Assembly (NCBI RefSeq): GCF_035084215.1
Contig: NC_090363.1
Location: 11,346,001 to 11,410,000, forward strand
Reading direction: 5' to 3'
DNA length: 64,000 bases
Source: Heptranchias perlo
Taxonomy: Eukaryota
How positions within the stretch are numbered: position 1 is the first letter of the stretch; every line of letters begins with the position of its first letter. The notes under the pieces were generated by a model that worked only from the letters and a program-made list of their open reading frames with translations, made no database searches and had not been told where the DNA came from. The position numbers and the translations under genes were made by a program. Below, one piece after another: positions 45,420 through 56,735 of this stretch.

Positions 45420-48400
45420 TTAGTGACCTTTAACCCCGCGGATTGTCAGCGGTGCTGAGTTTTTCCCGTCGTCATTCAGTCCCGGACTGAAGATCGGAAG
45501 GAGTCCCTCAGTGAAAGTGTGGGTGAAAGTGTGGAGATGGGACATGTTGTCCGCATTGTAAAATGACACCTGTCCGCCCTCATAGTCCAGGTACACCCCG
45601 ATCATCCGGGGCTTCACACTCGGGGTGAGGGGGGTCCATGAGGGGTAGGTGGCGGCAAGATAACCACTTCCAGATTTCAGCCGCACAATCCAGTATCCGG
45701 TCTCAGGTCTTGCGTTAATCTCCTGTTTCCTGTTAATAGACTCTCGGGCCACTCCCACACTCCACCAAGTCTTGTTCCCCACCTCCACCTCCCAGTAGTG
45801 TCTCCCTGATGTGAATCCCTCCGATCCCAGGACACAGGCCCAGCGATCAGGGAGCGGCTGCCGTATGGTTGCGATTCTCACACGTGTCCGGTCCTCACAC
45901 ACAATGAGCTGGGGATTAAACCTCTCCGGGGTGTCAGGGAGCGGCTGCGGATTCCCTCCGTCTCTCACACTGGTCCGGTCCTCAGACACGATGAGCCGTG
46001 GATACGCTGTGTTCGTATCCAGAGTCAGAGAGGCTGGAGCTGGGGGAAGGTTAAAATAACACAGTCAGTGAGTGAGTTTCTTGCTGTGATTTATTCAAAC
46101 ATTTTCCTGTTTAAAGTGTCCACTCGGGGGATTCCCGGGACCTCGGGTGTTTTTAAAGGACTCCAGGTTCTGTTATTGGAATCTGCTCCCACCCGGGGGT
46201 TTACGCTCCTGGGGCCGCTCTGACTTCCTAACCCGGTCAGAGCTGAGCGGGGACCGGGCGCACATTGTGTTTTATTTTTGTCTTTCTTCAGCCCCTGGCG
46301 CCCTGATTCGACACCGACCCGCCACAAGGAACCCAGCGCCCCCTCGCCCTCCCCACTCCACCCCATCCAGAATCCCATGTGGTTCTCAGCCCCTGCAGAG
46401 TGACCCACGGGCCTGTAGAAATACACAAGGAACCGGCATCAAGAGGCTCCGATGTGACTTGGAGGCACAATCTCGGCCCGGAGACGTTACCCCTGAAATC
46501 CCACATCACCAATCAGCTCGATTGATGAGGGGAGATGGGGGAGGGGGAGGCGGAAATAAGAAACCAGAGGGAAAGAAAGGAAGAAAAGGTGAAAGAAGTA
46601 AAAAGTAAGGAGGGAACTGCTGCAGAAGAGAAGAAAGAACCGAGAGAGAGTGGAGGGGAACTAAACTCATCAGAGGGAATGGGATCAAGAACAGATCCCG
46701 CAGAGAGAGGGAGGGAAAGAGCTAACGCGGGGCAAACAGTGGGAAAGGGAGAGAATAAAGAGTTCAAGGGGAAAAGTAGAAAAGCAAGGGGATAAAGAAG
46801 CTGCGGCCCACAACTCAATGTGTTCAACAGCCTATCCCGGAACACGAGATAAACTGGAACAACCGGGCAGCCCCCAGATTCAGAGAAACCCGCCCCCCAA
46901 CAGAAAAATCACACTGGACACAACAAACCGACATCACCCTGAATACAGTCCATCAACAAAATTATATCCAGGAATCTCACAGACTCCAACACAAAATCAG
47001 CCAAAACAAAACGGATCTCCATAAAAGGAGAGGTGGGAGTGTCATTTCTACAGGAGACCCTCCTCACCATTTGTGAACTGCTGCAGCCACAACTGCAGCC
47101 TCAGAGCAGGGCTCGGACATCATTGCTTGTGGATGTCAATGTAACCGTGGCACTGAACTTTTATGGCTTTGGATCATTTCAGGCCTCTGCTGGCGATATT
47201 CTTGACAGAGAGAAGCAGAATGAGCGAGCACGAGTGTGTGCCGCATTGCAGGCTTCCCCATGGTGCAGGGTGTCATTGACTGCACGCATGCAGCCATGTG
47301 TGTTCCATATCTCAACTCAGCCATCTTTATTAACAGAAGGGGTTCCACTCCCCCAATGTGCAGCTGGTGTGCGACCACACGCAGTGCATCATGCAGCTCA
47401 GTGCCTGCTACCCTGGCAGCAGTCATGATGCGTTCGTTATGCGGCAGTCCAACGTCCCAACTATCTTTGAACCGGCTCTGCTAGTCAATGGCTGGCTACT
47501 GGGTGACAAGGGCTATCCCCTCATGAGCTGGCTCATTTCTCCAGTCAGGCACACATGCACACGCACAGAGCAGGCCTATAATGGGAGCCATGCAGCCACA
47601 TGAAACGTCATCGAGCACACCATTGGCATCTTAAAGCAACGCTTCCGCCGCCTGGACCGTTCTGATGGGGACCTGCGTTACTCAGCTGAGCAGGTGTCTC
47701 GATTCGTTATGGAATGTTGCCTACTGCAGATCCTCGCCCTTATGAAGGAACAGCCCTTGCCACCACCAATCTGGCAAGACCCTGAGGCAGAGGCAGAGGG
47801 GGAGGAGGACGTGGAAGAAGTGGAGGAAAAGGATGAGGAGGAAGAGGAAGAGGCAAGGAGGCAACAAGATGCACTGGCCCTGTCTGCCAGGGCTCTGCAT
47901 GCTCACCTTATTCATGAGCGATATCTGTAACCTCATTGACACCTCCCAACTCACCAACAGTCTTACACTCCTCACCTTTCCACTCCCTCTTGACCATCAA
48001 ATCGCCCTTCATACAATTACACATTGGTTCCTCCCGCAGCTTATCACATAAATAAAAACCAACACCAACTGTGACTTCAAATACAAATTCATAACGTTAC
48101 ACATTAACTCAAGTATAAAACATTACATTGTTCACCCTTGTGAATTCCATAAGTGCCTGTCGTTCATCTGCCTTTGCCCTTCCTGGTGCTCCTCCGAGGT
48201 GCATCCCCTGTGGTTGGAGCATGGGTGGTGGAAGGCTGCTGACCTTCAATTGAGGTGTGTGCAGATGGACTTGGAGGACAAACACAAGCAGCTGTGGGCC
48301 AGAAGAGTCCGGCTTCAGCCTGCACCATGGGCTGCAGCAGTCTGGCCTGGCTGGCTGACAGGCAACAGCAAGGGTACTGACAGAGTGGCAGGGGTGTGAG

Positions 48401-51400
48401 CAGCAAAGCTGTCATCCAGACAGAGGGCAGCAGGTTCAACTGCCATGGCGCCACAGCCACTCGAATGGGGCAAGAGCAGCAGGCACATGGGAACAACACC
48501 ACCTGCACGTTCCCCTCCAAGTCACACACCATCCCGACTTGGAAATATATCGCCGTTCCTTCATTGTCGCTGGGTCAAAATCCTGGAACTCCCTTCCTAA
48601 CAGCACTGTGGGAGAACCGTCACCACACGGACTGCAGCGGTTCAAGAAGGCGGCTCACCACCACCTTCTCAAGGGCAATTAGGGATGGGCAATAAATGCT
48701 GGCCTCGCCAGCGACGACCACATCCCGTGAACGAATAAAAAAAAAGCTACTCACCAATCCTGGTGTTCAACTGAAGGGCAGATGGATGGAGTGCTCTGAC
48801 GCCTTGGAAGCCAAATTCCACAGTAGTGCCAACAGCCACGATAGCAGCAGTCTGCACTTCTAAAGCAGCAATCCGAGCTTCAATTGAAGCATGAAGAGCT
48901 TTGATGACATCGGATGGTGCTGCAGTGGAAGTCGTGGTATCGGCCATCCGGAGTTGCATCTTATGGGTTCCTCAGGTGTGCTGATGGAGGTGATCACCCA
49001 TTCCATGTGGGTAAGGATGGGCTCCCAGCTCTGCGCAAAGCCCTGTGCCAAGTTTGAGGTGACTCCTCCATGCCCCTTGACATTGCATGCAGGCTTTCTG
49101 GCAGGCTTTCCAGTGTGTCAAGCATTTGGTAGTGTAGGCCCATCAGCAGTCCTCTGTAGCCTGGCCCATCAAAGTCATCATCTGACAGCAGAAACATTGT
49201 GCGACCTTGCACACCGGTGGAGCTGGCATCTGTGGTATCTGCTCACCCCGCACCGGCTGCTGTGCACTTGTGCCCGATGTCTCACCACATGCAGATCCCT
49301 ACTCTAACCGAGCCTCAACAATATGTGTAGCATCAGTATCCGAGCTGTTGGCTGTGAGTGTCAGAACAAGTGATGGTGTGGCTTCATTGTCATTGTCTTC
49401 CTCCTCCACCTTGGATGGTGCCAGCTCCAGTCTTGGGTATCTGCAATGACAAAAGGAGATGGGTTGAGTTGTTGAGCCGGGAGAGGAGCAACTATGATGT
49501 GCGTGCTGACACCATCTACAGCACGTGAGTCAGAAAAGATTGTGGGATGTGGGAGATAAGATGCAGAATTAGGTTTGTAAAGACACCCTGCATTGTGACC
49601 TCCAGCGCCACCAGTGGCCACGGCCGCAGCGACAGCCTGTCCAATTATAAGAAGCACGGTCTCCTCCAGGGGAGTGCAGATGTGTCGGTGCGCCCATCCT
49701 CCCTCAGGTCTTTCATGCTACCAGCTCTTATGTGCCACCTCCTCCGGTAAGACAGAGGGAAGTGTACCAGTGAGTGTCCTGCAAGATGTTTGGATGATGT
49801 GCCTGTTGTGGGCGAAGAGCTGCCAGTGTGTGTGACCTGTGGGTGGTGGGTCAGTGGGTTGCAAGTGTGGTAATATTTGAGGGTGAGATGCAGCCTGCAA
49901 AGTGCTGCATTGCATACAGATGGGCAGCGTTTGTTGGTCGATGGGTGACTGGGTGTGTCATGGTGAAGTCATGTTGTGGTTGGTAGAACGTGTCACTTGA
50001 CACTTGCATTCACTCACCTTGACCACTCGCGTCAAATCATTGAACTTGTTCCAGCACTGCACCCACGTGCGTGGTGCAATGCTCCTGACATTCACCTCCA
50101 TGGCAACTTCCTCCCACTGCCTCCGCAGCTCGTGTCTGGAGGGTCTTCTGCCACCCTGTGGGTACAGGATGGCTCTCTGTTCATCCGCTGCCCCCACCAG
50201 GGCCTCCGCTGAGCTGTCGGAGAACCTCGATGCACGCTCTCTTGCCGGTCCAGCCATTTTACTTGTTAACCTCCACTGTTTGCATTTGCAGTGCACTTCC
50301 CCTTTAAGAAGTGCAGGCTGCCTTTAACTAGTCCGGGCCACGCCCCATATCGAGCCTCCTGGTGGGTGCAGTCTCTCGCCAAGGATAGCTCTGGCTGCAG
50401 GTACAAATAATGGAAATGAGCCTGAAGCACGAATCTCGCCTCCTGCCTGCACCGGAAACACCGGGCGCGGGTTATTCGCACACCGCGACCCTCGCGTCCG
50501 AATTTGCGCGTTTGCGAATTTAACCCCCACTCTCTTTGCTTTAATCTGATTCGTTATAATAAGAAATGAGTTATAAATCAGGACAAAGAAACATATAGGA
50601 CGTTTACCGGGTTTGATGGCATCAATCATTTCTCTCCACACGGTGTACTGTAAAGGGCCGTTGAATTTTTCGATAGACAGGGCGCCATCTGCTAATGACA
50701 GTAAATTATCTTCCTCGCTCATCCTGCAAATATTCAACAATTGGTTATAAATTGACCATAAACACCTTTCTGAGTGATTTTCCCAAACTGTGCAGAGTTT
50801 CAGTAAAGAACATGTCCTACCTCCTCTTCTGACAAGTTTTCTCCTGAAATAAATAAAACACAAATCTGAGTTGACAGAAACTGACCATTTATATCCAGAC
50901 AGCAGAATTACTCCAATTTGTGACAATCTGTTGATAATTCTGAATTCTCACTGCTGCCGACACGCAGATACAGAGATGACATTACAAAAAGGTACAGAAG
51001 CATCGGAGAAAGTGCAAAAAGTTCGATGTAGGATATATTTGAAAGCCGGACAGCAGAAATTACACCCAAATTATTAAATGCTTCTCATAGAAACAGGATA
51101 TGGCTGAAAAATCTTAATTGTGTCAGACGATGGAAATCAACATCAGTCCCCCTCACAGACACAGTGACTCTCACACCCACCGGACCAGACACACCCACAC
51201 ACTCACTCAATGTAACTGTAACTGCATTGCAATGTGAGTTTCAGGAGAATATTAAACTCTTGGGCGACACGAAAATAATTACAAGCTAAGTATCAAGATC
51301 AGGGCAATTCATTCCCGGGATGGTTGCTGGTATTCCCGGGATTCTGTAGACATTGTGTGAGGCCCATTAGTTCGGTGACAATAAAAGATCCGCCTCGGAA

Positions 51401-52451
51401 TAGACAAAAAAATCGATCGATTTAAAACAGTCCCGAATTATCTGGAAATTCAGCATTTACTTCAAAATTTTTGCTCATCATTTTGTGACTGTGAACATTC
51501 ACTGAACTAAACTGAAATATAATCATCACCTTCAGAAATATCACACCGACTTTTTCCTCCATCTGTTTTTGAAACTTTGAGAGCTTCGCCTGAATAGAAT
51601 TTAAATTCTTTTGAATTTCTCGAAGATTTTCCTCCATTGTTTCGAGAATCCTCTCCTCTTGTTCCCTGAGATCTCCGATTAAACGCTGCTCTTTCTCAGT
51701 GAGAATCTGGTGCATTTTAGCGAACTCGGATGTGATGCGGGTCTGCAGACTGCTCGACTGTTCCTACAAAATGAAATGTGAAAAATAATAATGTACCGCG
51801 ATAAATGAACAAAACTAACCGAGATCGCAGAGAATCAGCACAGGGAGAACTCACCATAACTTTGGAAATCTGCTGCTTCTGTTTCACTTCAGTTTTCAGA
51901 ACCGCCGTTTTCTTCTCTGTGAGAGAATCTAAGGAAGATTTCAGCTGATCCTGGGATTGGGAGAAAAAATCACAGAATGAAAGTGTTCGACCATGAAAAT
52001 GAGATAAAATAATCAGGTGATCAAATCTGTTCCCTTTTACCTTGTACATTTCAACAGCTTCTTTAATCGGCATGAAGCGGTGGTCTCTGTGTTCCCGCGC
52101 ATCTCTACAAATCATACAGATCAGTTTCTTGTCAGTTTCACAAAACAGCTTCACTTCTTCCTGATGTTCCTCACAGTGAAGTTTACTTTCCTTCTCTTCC
52201 GGATTCAGCTTTAATTTTCGAGCTTTCTCGGCCAGATTCGATAAGGCCCGACTCACCCTGAAGTTTCTTTCCGGAAACTCCTCTCTGCATTCCGGGCAGG
52301 AGTTTGTTACCTTCGGTTCCCAACACTGTGCGATACAGGAGCGGCAGAAGTTGTGCCCACACTCCAGTATAACCGGATCAGTGAAGAAATCAAGACAGAT
52401 GGGACAAATTGTCTCCTCGGTCCAACTCTCTGCCTGCGCTCTGGAAGCCAT
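45420..52451 (-). CDS. TRIM-2: RING-Bbox2-coiled coil-PRY/SPRY tandem paralog of TRIM-1. Exons 52451-52041, 51950-51855, 51763-51530, 50843-50821, 50723-50608, 46039-45420; 499 aa
   Basis: Same domains, splice sites and exon sizes as TRIM-1 (411/96/234/23/116). Last exon is 620 nt because of a 69-nt and a 3-nt in-frame insertion. No stops in the joined frame. Confidence 0.9.
47067..47930 (+). pseudogene. Harbinger (HARBI1-like) DDE transposase, frameshifted, with a stop
   Basis: [64 protein letters not shown], spread over several frames. Confidence 0.85.
48465..48745 (+). mobile_element. L2/CR1-group LINE 3' tail inserted in the Harbinger Myb gene
   Basis: Close match to the tail of 21105-22110, ending CATCCCGTGAACGAATAAAAAAAA. 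Confidence 0.85.
50018..50257 (-). pseudogene. Harbinger Myb/SANT-like DNA-binding protein, exon 1 (downstream exons at about 48170-49745 decayed)
   Basis: [21 protein letters not shown]...WEEVAMEVN...[13 protein letters not shown] followed by an AAG|GTGAGT donor; typical trihelix/Myb_DNA-bind_5 pattern. Confidence 0.8.
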
Positions 52452-52464
52452 GTTCACACTCAGC

Positions 52465-52493
52465 ACTTCCTGATTCAAATTGCTTTCACTTTC
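52465..52493 (-). promoter_or_regulatory. IRF element/ISRE (GAAAGTGAAAGC) with an adjacent ETS site (CAGGAAGTG) just upstream of the TRIM-2 ATG
   Basis: Plus-strand GCTTTCACTTTC at 52482-52493 and CACTTCCTG at about 52464-52472. Confidence 0.6.
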
Positions 52494-52637
52494 GATGTTA
52501 CTGGGCTCCCAAACACATTCAGATCAGTGATTTTACAATGCTGGTCACTGCAATACTCAGGGAATTATTATTATATACTCGTCTAACGCCCATCGACTTT
52601 TACAGGGAGAAACAAAACCTAACTTCTATGATTCTAT

Positions 52638-52750
52638 TGCAGGCAATTGGGACTAGCTTCGTGGTATAAACTGGGCGACATGGACATGTTGGGCCGAAGG
52701 GCCTGTTTCCATGTTGTAACTTCTATGATTCTTATGATTCTATGATTCTA
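52638..52750 (+). mobile_element. Very short 5'-truncated copy of the young CR1 family at 12782-17917
   Basis: Nearly identical to about 17812-17917, including the (GATTCTAT)n tail. Confidence 0.9.
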
Positions 52751-53944
52751 AAGCAGGATAAAGGACAGTGCTGGAGGACGGAGAGGCAATAATTGAACCT
52801 AGGCGCGGAGGGCGAAGGTCCAAGGAGTTGGCACTGGCGGAGGGGAGTGGGGGGGGGGGGGGGTGGAGATTGGAGAGAGGGAGGAGGCGGAGATGGGCCG
52901 GCATCGAGATCCCACTGCACTTTTCTCCAGACCGAGTTCGCTGCCGACTACAAACGCTCTGGTGAAACACGGTCTGAGATGTAGATCCATGAACTGAATT
53001 GTGTTAATGATTGTAGCCGCTCACCCTGAAGCACCGAGGGCTCGAAATTGCGCCTTTAAGAGATTTTGAGAGACATGATCCCTTTAAGAGATTCGGGCTC
53101 CCCCTGCTGGTGGAAAGTGCACTTGTCCTTGAATCCTCGTGTCAGGCTCAGTTTCCAACTCTGCTGTCAGCTCAGGAATGAGCCTCACTGCCTGCGCAGG
53201 AAGCACTGGGCATTAACTGATTTGAAATAAATTGTTCTGTTGCATAGATTGTGTTTGCAAAATGTTCCATTTCTGTCATCATGTCCAACATTGAGCAGAT
53301 TTTTGTCGTTAACTATCCGGCATTAGGCAGGAAGCAGAAAGGAAAATCTGGTCGGGCGGATCACAAAATGAATTTCTTTTGAATTGAATGGAAGGGAATT
53401 CAGGCGGGTTCTGTTATCAGCAAACAATCCTCTGCCTCACATTTTCCTTTCAGTGTTCTGCACAAATAGCATTTAACACCCAGGCGATAAAGACTAAAAT
53501 CCACTTCATTGTATTCTGGAACACACTTTCACCAATTGTATATACTGATAGCGAGTGTTGGAGAACATCTGGGAAACATGTGGGCCTAGAAATTCGATGC
53601 TGCCGCGCCTGTCAAGCAGATGTAGAGCGGGCGCTCATTACACGTTGAAAATGTGCTGCCCGCCATATTGGTAAAGGCAGTAAAAGTGGTGTCCAGGACC
53701 CAGGCCTGAAACAGGCATTAGACCCTTTGCATATGGAAATAGGGGGCCTAAAGGCCTGTTTTTAGGCCCCTTTGTAAAATTGGACTGCCCTGAACACAGC
53801 TGGCACCGGGGACAGCTGAGTTCAACCTGGTCTGTAAGTGGCTTAACCAGGGGTCCTAAAAATAACTACCTGAATGTACAGCCGGGTTGTGCAGGAGTGA
53901 TCCGCCCAACTCCGCTGCAGAGACCGTGTCAGCCTCCTCCTGAT

Positions 53945-56735
53945 CACCACTCCCTCTCCCATTACTGCACCCTCCCTCTCCCCATCACTGCTCCCTTCCT
54001 CTCCCCATCACTGCTCCCTCCCTCTCCCCATCACTGCTACATCCCTCTCCCCATCACTGCTCCCTCCCTCTCCCCATCACTGCTCCGTCCTTCTCCCCAT
54101 CACTGCTCCCTCCCTCTCCCCATCACTGACCCCTCCCTCTCCCCATCACTGCTTCCTCCCTCTCCCCATCACTGCTCCCTCCCTCTCCCCATCACTGCTC
54201 CCTCCTTCTCCCCATCACTGCCCCCCCTCTCCCCATCAATGCCCCCTCCCTCTCCCCATCACTGCTCCCTCCCTCTCCCCATCACTGCTCCCTCCTTCTC
54301 CCCATCACTGCCCCCCCTCTCCCCATCAATGCCCCCTCCCTCTCCCCATCACTGCTCCCTTCCTCTCCCCATCACTGCTCCCTTCCTCTCCCCATCACTG
54401 CTCCCTCCCTCTCCCCATCACTGCCCCCTCCCTCTCCCCATCACTGCTCCCTCCCTCTCCCCATCACTGCTCCCTCTCCCCATCACTGCTCCCTCCCTCT
54501 CCCCATCACTGCCCCCCTCTCCCCATCACTGCCCCTCCCTCTCCCCATCACTGCTCCCTCCCTCTCCCCATCACTGCCCCTCCCTCTCCCCATCACTGCC
54601 CCACTCTCCCCATCACTGCCCCACTCTCCACATCGCTGCCCCCTCCCTCTCCACATCACTGCCCATCCCTCTCCCCATCACTGCCACTCCCTCTACCCAT
54701 CACTGCCCCCTCCCTCTCCCCATCACTGCCCAATCACTGCCCCCTCCCTCTCCCCATCGCTGTCCCCACCCTCTACCCATCACTGCCCCCTCACCCACCC
54801 TATCACTGCCCCTCCCCATCACTTCCCCCTCCATGTGCCCATCACTGCCCCCTTCCGCTCCCCATCACTGCTATCTCCCTCTTCCCATCACTGCCCCCTC
54901 CCTCTTCCCATCACTTCCCCCTCCCTCTCCCCATCACCGCCCCCTCCCTCTCCCCATCACTGCCCCCTCCCTCTCCCCATCACTGCCCCCTCCCTCTCCC
55001 CATCACCGCCCCCTCCCTCTCCCCATCACTGTCCCCTCCCTCTCCCCATCACTGCCCCCTCCCTCTCCCCATCACTGCTTCCTCCCTCTCCCCATCACTG
55101 CCCCCTCCCTCTCCCATCACTGCCCCCTCCCTCTCCCATCACTGCCCCCTCCATCTCCCCATCATTGCCCCCTCCCTCTCCCCATCACTGCTCCCTCCCT
55201 CTCCCCATCACTGCTCCCTCGCTCTCCCCATCACCGCCCCCTCCCTCTCCCCATCACCGCCCCCTCCCTCTCCCCATCACTGCCCCCTCCCTCTCCCCAT
55301 CACCGCCCCCTCCCTCTCCCCATCACCGCCCCCTCCCTCTCCCCATCACTGTCCCCTCCCTCTCCCCATCACTGCCCCCTCCCTCTCCCCATCACTGCTT
55401 CCTCCCTCTCCCCATCACTGCCCCCTCCCTCTCCCATCACTGCCCCCTCCCTCTCCCATCACTGCCCCCTCCATCTCCCCATCATTGCCCCCTCCCTCTC
55501 CCCATCACTGCTCCCTCCCTCTCCCCATCACTGCTCCCTCGCTCTCCCCATCACTGCTCCCTCCCTCTCCCATCACTGCTCCCTCCCTCTCCCATCACTG
55601 CTCCCTCCCTCTCCCCATCATTGCCCCCCTCCCTCTCCCCATCACTGATCCCTCCCTCTCCCATCACTGCTCCCTCCCTCTCCCCATCATTGCCCCCCTC
55701 CCTCTCCCCATCACTGCTCCCTCCCTCTCCCCATCACTGCTCCCTCCCTCTCCCCATCACTGCTCCCTCCCTCTCCCCATCACTGCCCCCTCCCGCTCCC
55801 CATCACTGCTCCCTCCCTCTCCCCATCACTGCACCCTTCCTCTCCCCATCACTTCCCCCTCCCTCTCCCCATCACTTCCCCCTCCCTCTCCCCATCACTG
55901 CTCCCTCCCTCTCCCCATCACTGCTCCCTCCCTCTCCCCATCACTGCGCCCTCCCGCTCCCCATCACTGATATCTCCCTCTCCCCATCACTTCCCCCTCC
56001 GTCTCCTCATCATTGCCCCCTCCCTCTCCCCTTCACTGCTCCCTCCCTCTCCCCATCACTGCTCCCTCCCTCTCCCATCACTGCTCCCTCCCTCTTCCCA
56101 TCACTGCTCCCTCCCTCTCCCCATCACTGCTCCCTCCCTCTCCCCATCACTGCTCCCTCCCTCTCCCCATCATTGCCCCCCTCCCTCTCCCCATCACTGC
56201 CCCCTCCCTCTGCACATCACTGATCCATCCCTCTCCCAATCAATGCCCCCTCTCTCTCCCTATCACTGCCCCCTCCATTCCCCCATCACTACCCCTCTCT
56301 CTCCCCATCACTGCCCCCTCCCCCTCCCTCTCCCCATCGCTGCCCCCTCCCTCTCCCCATCACTGCCCCCTTCCTCTCCACATCGCTGCCCACTCCCACT
56401 CCCCATCACTGCCCCCTCCCTCTCCCCATCACTGCCTCTCCCCATCACTGCCCCCTCCCTGTCCCTGTCACTGCCCCCTCCCGCTCCCCATCATTGCTAC
56501 CTCCCTCTTCCTTTCATTGATCCATCCCTCTCCCGATCATTGCCCCCTCCCTCTCCCCATCATTGCCCCCCTCCCTCTCCCCATCACTGATCCCTCCCTC
56601 TCCCCATCACTGCTCCCTGCCTCTCCCAATCACTGCCCACTCCCACTCCCCATCACTGCCCCCTCCCTCTCCCCATCACTGCCCCCTTCCTCTCCTGATC
56701 ACTGACCCCTTCCTCTCCCTATCACTGCCCCCTCC
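53945..56735. repeat. About 2.8-kb C-rich 23-bp minisatellite (CTCCCCATCACTGCCCCCTCCCT)n
   Basis: More than 100 variant units. Preceded by a MITE-like end (GGGCCTAGAAATT at about 53582). Confidence 0.95.

Larger units (their letters stand above)
47067..50528. mobile_element. Decayed autonomous-type PIF/Harbinger transposon in TRIM-2 intron 5 (left end deleted)
   Basis: Convergent transposase (+) and Myb/SANT gene (-); right TIR-like end ...GCGAATTTAACCCCC at about 50514-50528. Confidence 0.85.

Noticed and set aside
50324-50926. 200-aa ORF
   Set aside because: Spans TRIM-2 exons 4-5, introns and the transposon end; only the exon 5 part is in the true coding frame.
2005-52451. Assigning symbols GPR139, TRIM39 or HARBI1
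   Set aside because: These are multi-copy lineage-specific paralogs or a decayed transposon; orthology cannot be established from the sequence alone.
51717-52478. 253-aa single-exon TRIM ORF (and 38898-39404)
   Set aside because: Read-through into introns; canonical splice sites give the six-exon model.
53780-56705. Long Pro/Ser/His-rich ORFs (622, 462, 230 aa) resembling extensins or mucins
   Set aside because: They are translations of a 23-bp minisatellite that is open in several frames; no codon structure or splice context.
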